Origin: an uncultured bacterium
GTDB lineage: Bacteria > Verrucomicrobiota > Verrucomicrobiia > Limisphaerales > J093
Assembly (NCBI GenBank): GCA_963735925.1
Contig: CAVTMT010000005.1
Location: 59,402 to 123,401 of the forward strand
Length of the DNA stretch: 64,000 bases
Direction: 5' to 3'
Every line of letters begins with the position of its first letter. The stretch's first letter is position 1. The translations under genes and the position numbers were made by a program. Under the pieces are notes generated by a model, which saw only the letters and a list, made by a program, of their open reading frames with translations, searched no databases and was not told the origin of the DNA. This document shows, one piece after another, positions 62,532-64,000 of this stretch.

Positions 62532-62729
62532 TTATCCCAAGTTCCAATCGGCTATCCGTGCTGTCTTTGCTCGAAATCACACATTGGACTATCACTAACT
62601 TGGGATAATCCGGCACTTGGCCTAAATCGTGGGGCATGGCAAACATGCCAGTCTTCGAGAATTGGGGTTCTTCTATAGCTGAGCGATTCGCTCCAATGCT
62701 GGCCGCAGCACAGCGGACCAGCCGAATCG

Positions 62730-63587
62730 TCATTGGCGCAGGCCAGAGATGAACTCGGCGACGCGCGAGAACGCAGCCGCCAAATCCTGGCTCAGCCCGC
62801 ACTTGCCGGCCATCTCCGCAAACGGTCCGGCCCAAGCCTGGGGAGGAGGTTCGAGCGACGACGGGACGGGGTGAGTGTCGCGGCGGCGGAATGTCGCCTC
62901 GATGCACTGGCCCACGCGGTCGACATCGAGCGTGCCCGATTCGATCAACAGCAGCAGGTCCACCAAGTCCTTCACCCGCGAATTCGGTCGGCCCTCACGG
63001 GGCAATGAATAGGCATGCAACTTCTCAGCGAACTGTTCCTCCCGGGAAATCGCTGGCACTTTCGAGGGCGCAATCCCAGCGAAGCCCATCCAGTCCTGCC
63101 CTTCCAGAAGCTCGAAGGGTTCTCGGAGCACGTCGCCCGAACTCACATCCAAGTGGAAGCTGGCGAAACTCCGGTCGCCCATGGAAGCTTCGACCGGAAA
63201 TCGTGATCCGCCATAGGGCGCCGCGTCCAAATCCATGGTCGGTTCGCCAATAAGGAACTCGAAACCATCGCCCAAGTCTGCATTGGCGAGGTCCTGAAGA
63301 AGAAGTCGGACTGCGGCATCACCCCATGGACCGCCGCTCCCTGGCATCAACCTCACGGCAAGGTCAATGTCCCGTGTTGTCCGGGCCGACTTAATCCGCA
63401 ACTCCATCGCATAACCGCCCTTGAGCAGCCATGGCGCATTCGGATTGGCGAACAAGCGGCACAGGAGTCGATCGAACGCGACCTGTCGCCTCATCCTTGG
63501 GAGATCGCCACCTCCGTGCCGGGACGTGGCAATCAGCCGGTCCTCCAGCGCGCGGCGAAGTGCTTCCGGTGTTCGATAGGTCTTCAT
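62730..63587 (-). CDS. AbiEii-family nucleotidyltransferase toxin (type IV TA)
   Basis: FDRLLCRL, WLLKGGYAM, RTTRDIDL, AEKLHA, SRVKDLVDL. Start MKTYRT overlaps the upstream stop (ATGA). Confidence 0.9.
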   Translation of the reverse strand: MKTYRTPEALRRALEDRLIATSRHGGGDLPRMRRQVAFDRLLCRLFANPNAPWLLKGGYAMELRIKSARTTRDIDLAVRLMPGSGGPWGDAAVRLLLQDLANADLGDGFEFLIGEPTMDLDAAPYGGSRFPVEASMGDRSFASFHLDVSSGDVLREPFELLEGQDWMGFAGIAPSKVPAISREEQFAEKLHAYSLPREGRPNSRVKDLVDLLLLIESGTLDVDRVGQCIEATFRRRDTHPVPSSLEPPPQAWAGPFAEMAGKCGLSQDLAAAFSRVAEFISGLRQ

Positions 63588-64000
63588 GGCAGCACGGCCT
63601 TCAGCAGTGAATCGGTCTCGCACTCCTTGTGCTTGGCTGCAAGCTCCCGTTCGGTGACTAGCCCTCGCCGCCGCGCATCGGATACAACCCGGCGCAGATC
63701 TTCAATGGCGGTGGGATTGGCCTTGGCCAGATCCATCACTGCTCGCAGCGCCCGGCAAACGGCAAATCCCCGCAGACGGGTGCATTCCGCAGCCGGTACC
63801 GTCCCACGATGGAGAACGACGCCTTTCGGAACGGGGCCATTCCGGCGAAAAGTCAGTGGCACGATCATGTGCAGATCCGCCGGGTTGAAGTCTCCGAGGT
63901 CGAACACACTCAGTGCCGTCTCGTGGGAGTACACACCCACAGGCTTTTCGTCCCGTCCCCGCGACCACAGATACCAGGCCACTTTGTCACCGTCCTCCGG
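63584..64000 (-). CDS. AbiEi-like antitoxin (5'-truncated by window edge)
   Basis: VYSHETALSVFDL.DFNP..LHMIVP, VVLHRG; coupled to the AbiEii gene. Confidence 0.8.
   Translation of the reverse strand, partial: PEDGDKVAWYLWSRGRDEKPVGVYSHETALSVFDLGDFNPADLHMIVPLTFRRNGPVPKGVVLHRGTVPAAECTRLRGFAVCRALRAVMDLAKANPTAIEDLRRVVSDARRRGLVTERELAAKHKECETDSLLKAVLP

Larger units (their letters stand above)
59194..62631 (+). mobile_element. RIT element 2 (recombinase in trio)
   Basis: Three ATGA-coupled tyrosine recombinase genes. Perfect 28-bp TIRs at 59220-59247 and 62598-62625. Left 20-bp palindrome at 59194-59213. Confidence 0.93.
54768..62682 (+). pseudogene. radC: RadC/JAB-domain gene split by two RIT insertions (segments 54768-55175, 59086-59193, 62632-62682)
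   Basis: Joined in frame: ...ETLAVLML...VHPREVFR...IIMHN | HPSGEPAPSEADIRITRDLIRAGQLLKVEILDHVIL | GHGKHASLRELGFFYS* (188 aa). Confidence 0.92.
53847..64000. mobile_element. Genomic island downstream of tRNA-Ile2 (continues beyond the window)
   Basis: Visibly more A/T-rich codon usage; HTH/excisionase, radC, RIT elements and AbiE TA; short TGGCCA repeats next to the tRNA. Confidence 0.7.

Overview
GC-rich chromosomal segment, probably Verrucomicrobiota. That assignment is inferred from the BspA-LRR protein style, Tat-Gfo/Idh/MocA plus HEAT genes, PQQ-propeller and integrase types. Positions 1-52.6 kb are mostly core genes: manA, accA, trmB, leuB, tag, system-II cytochrome c maturation, rpe, ppk1, rlmI-like, rpsO-pnp, sucCD, a two-component pair, two hsp20 genes behind a sigma54/IHF promoter, and kdgK. 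Scattered indels in sucD, an oxidoreductase and an LRR gene look like assembly errors. From about 52.9 kb a tRNA-Ile2(CAT) hotspot is flanked by decayed mobile DNA and followed by an island with an HTH/excisionase gene, radC and an AbiE-type toxin-antitoxin pair. Highlight 1: one radC/JAB gene is split into three in-frame pieces by two unrelated recombinase-in-trio (RIT) elements. Both share the same end layout: a 6-bp core, a 20-bp palindrome, an inverted 6-bp core, the TIR-bounded body, and a direct 6-bp core. All cores are codon variants of the targeted RadC motif, which predicts both scarless excision and body inversion. One element also carries a SymE-like gene. Highlight 2: an operon of two vWA proteins with no signal peptide, one with an integrin-beta-like hybrid/vWA head and one trypsin-vWA fusion, both ending in the same ~143-aa Cys-containing C-terminal domain. 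All calls come from reading motifs by eye; no database searches were run.
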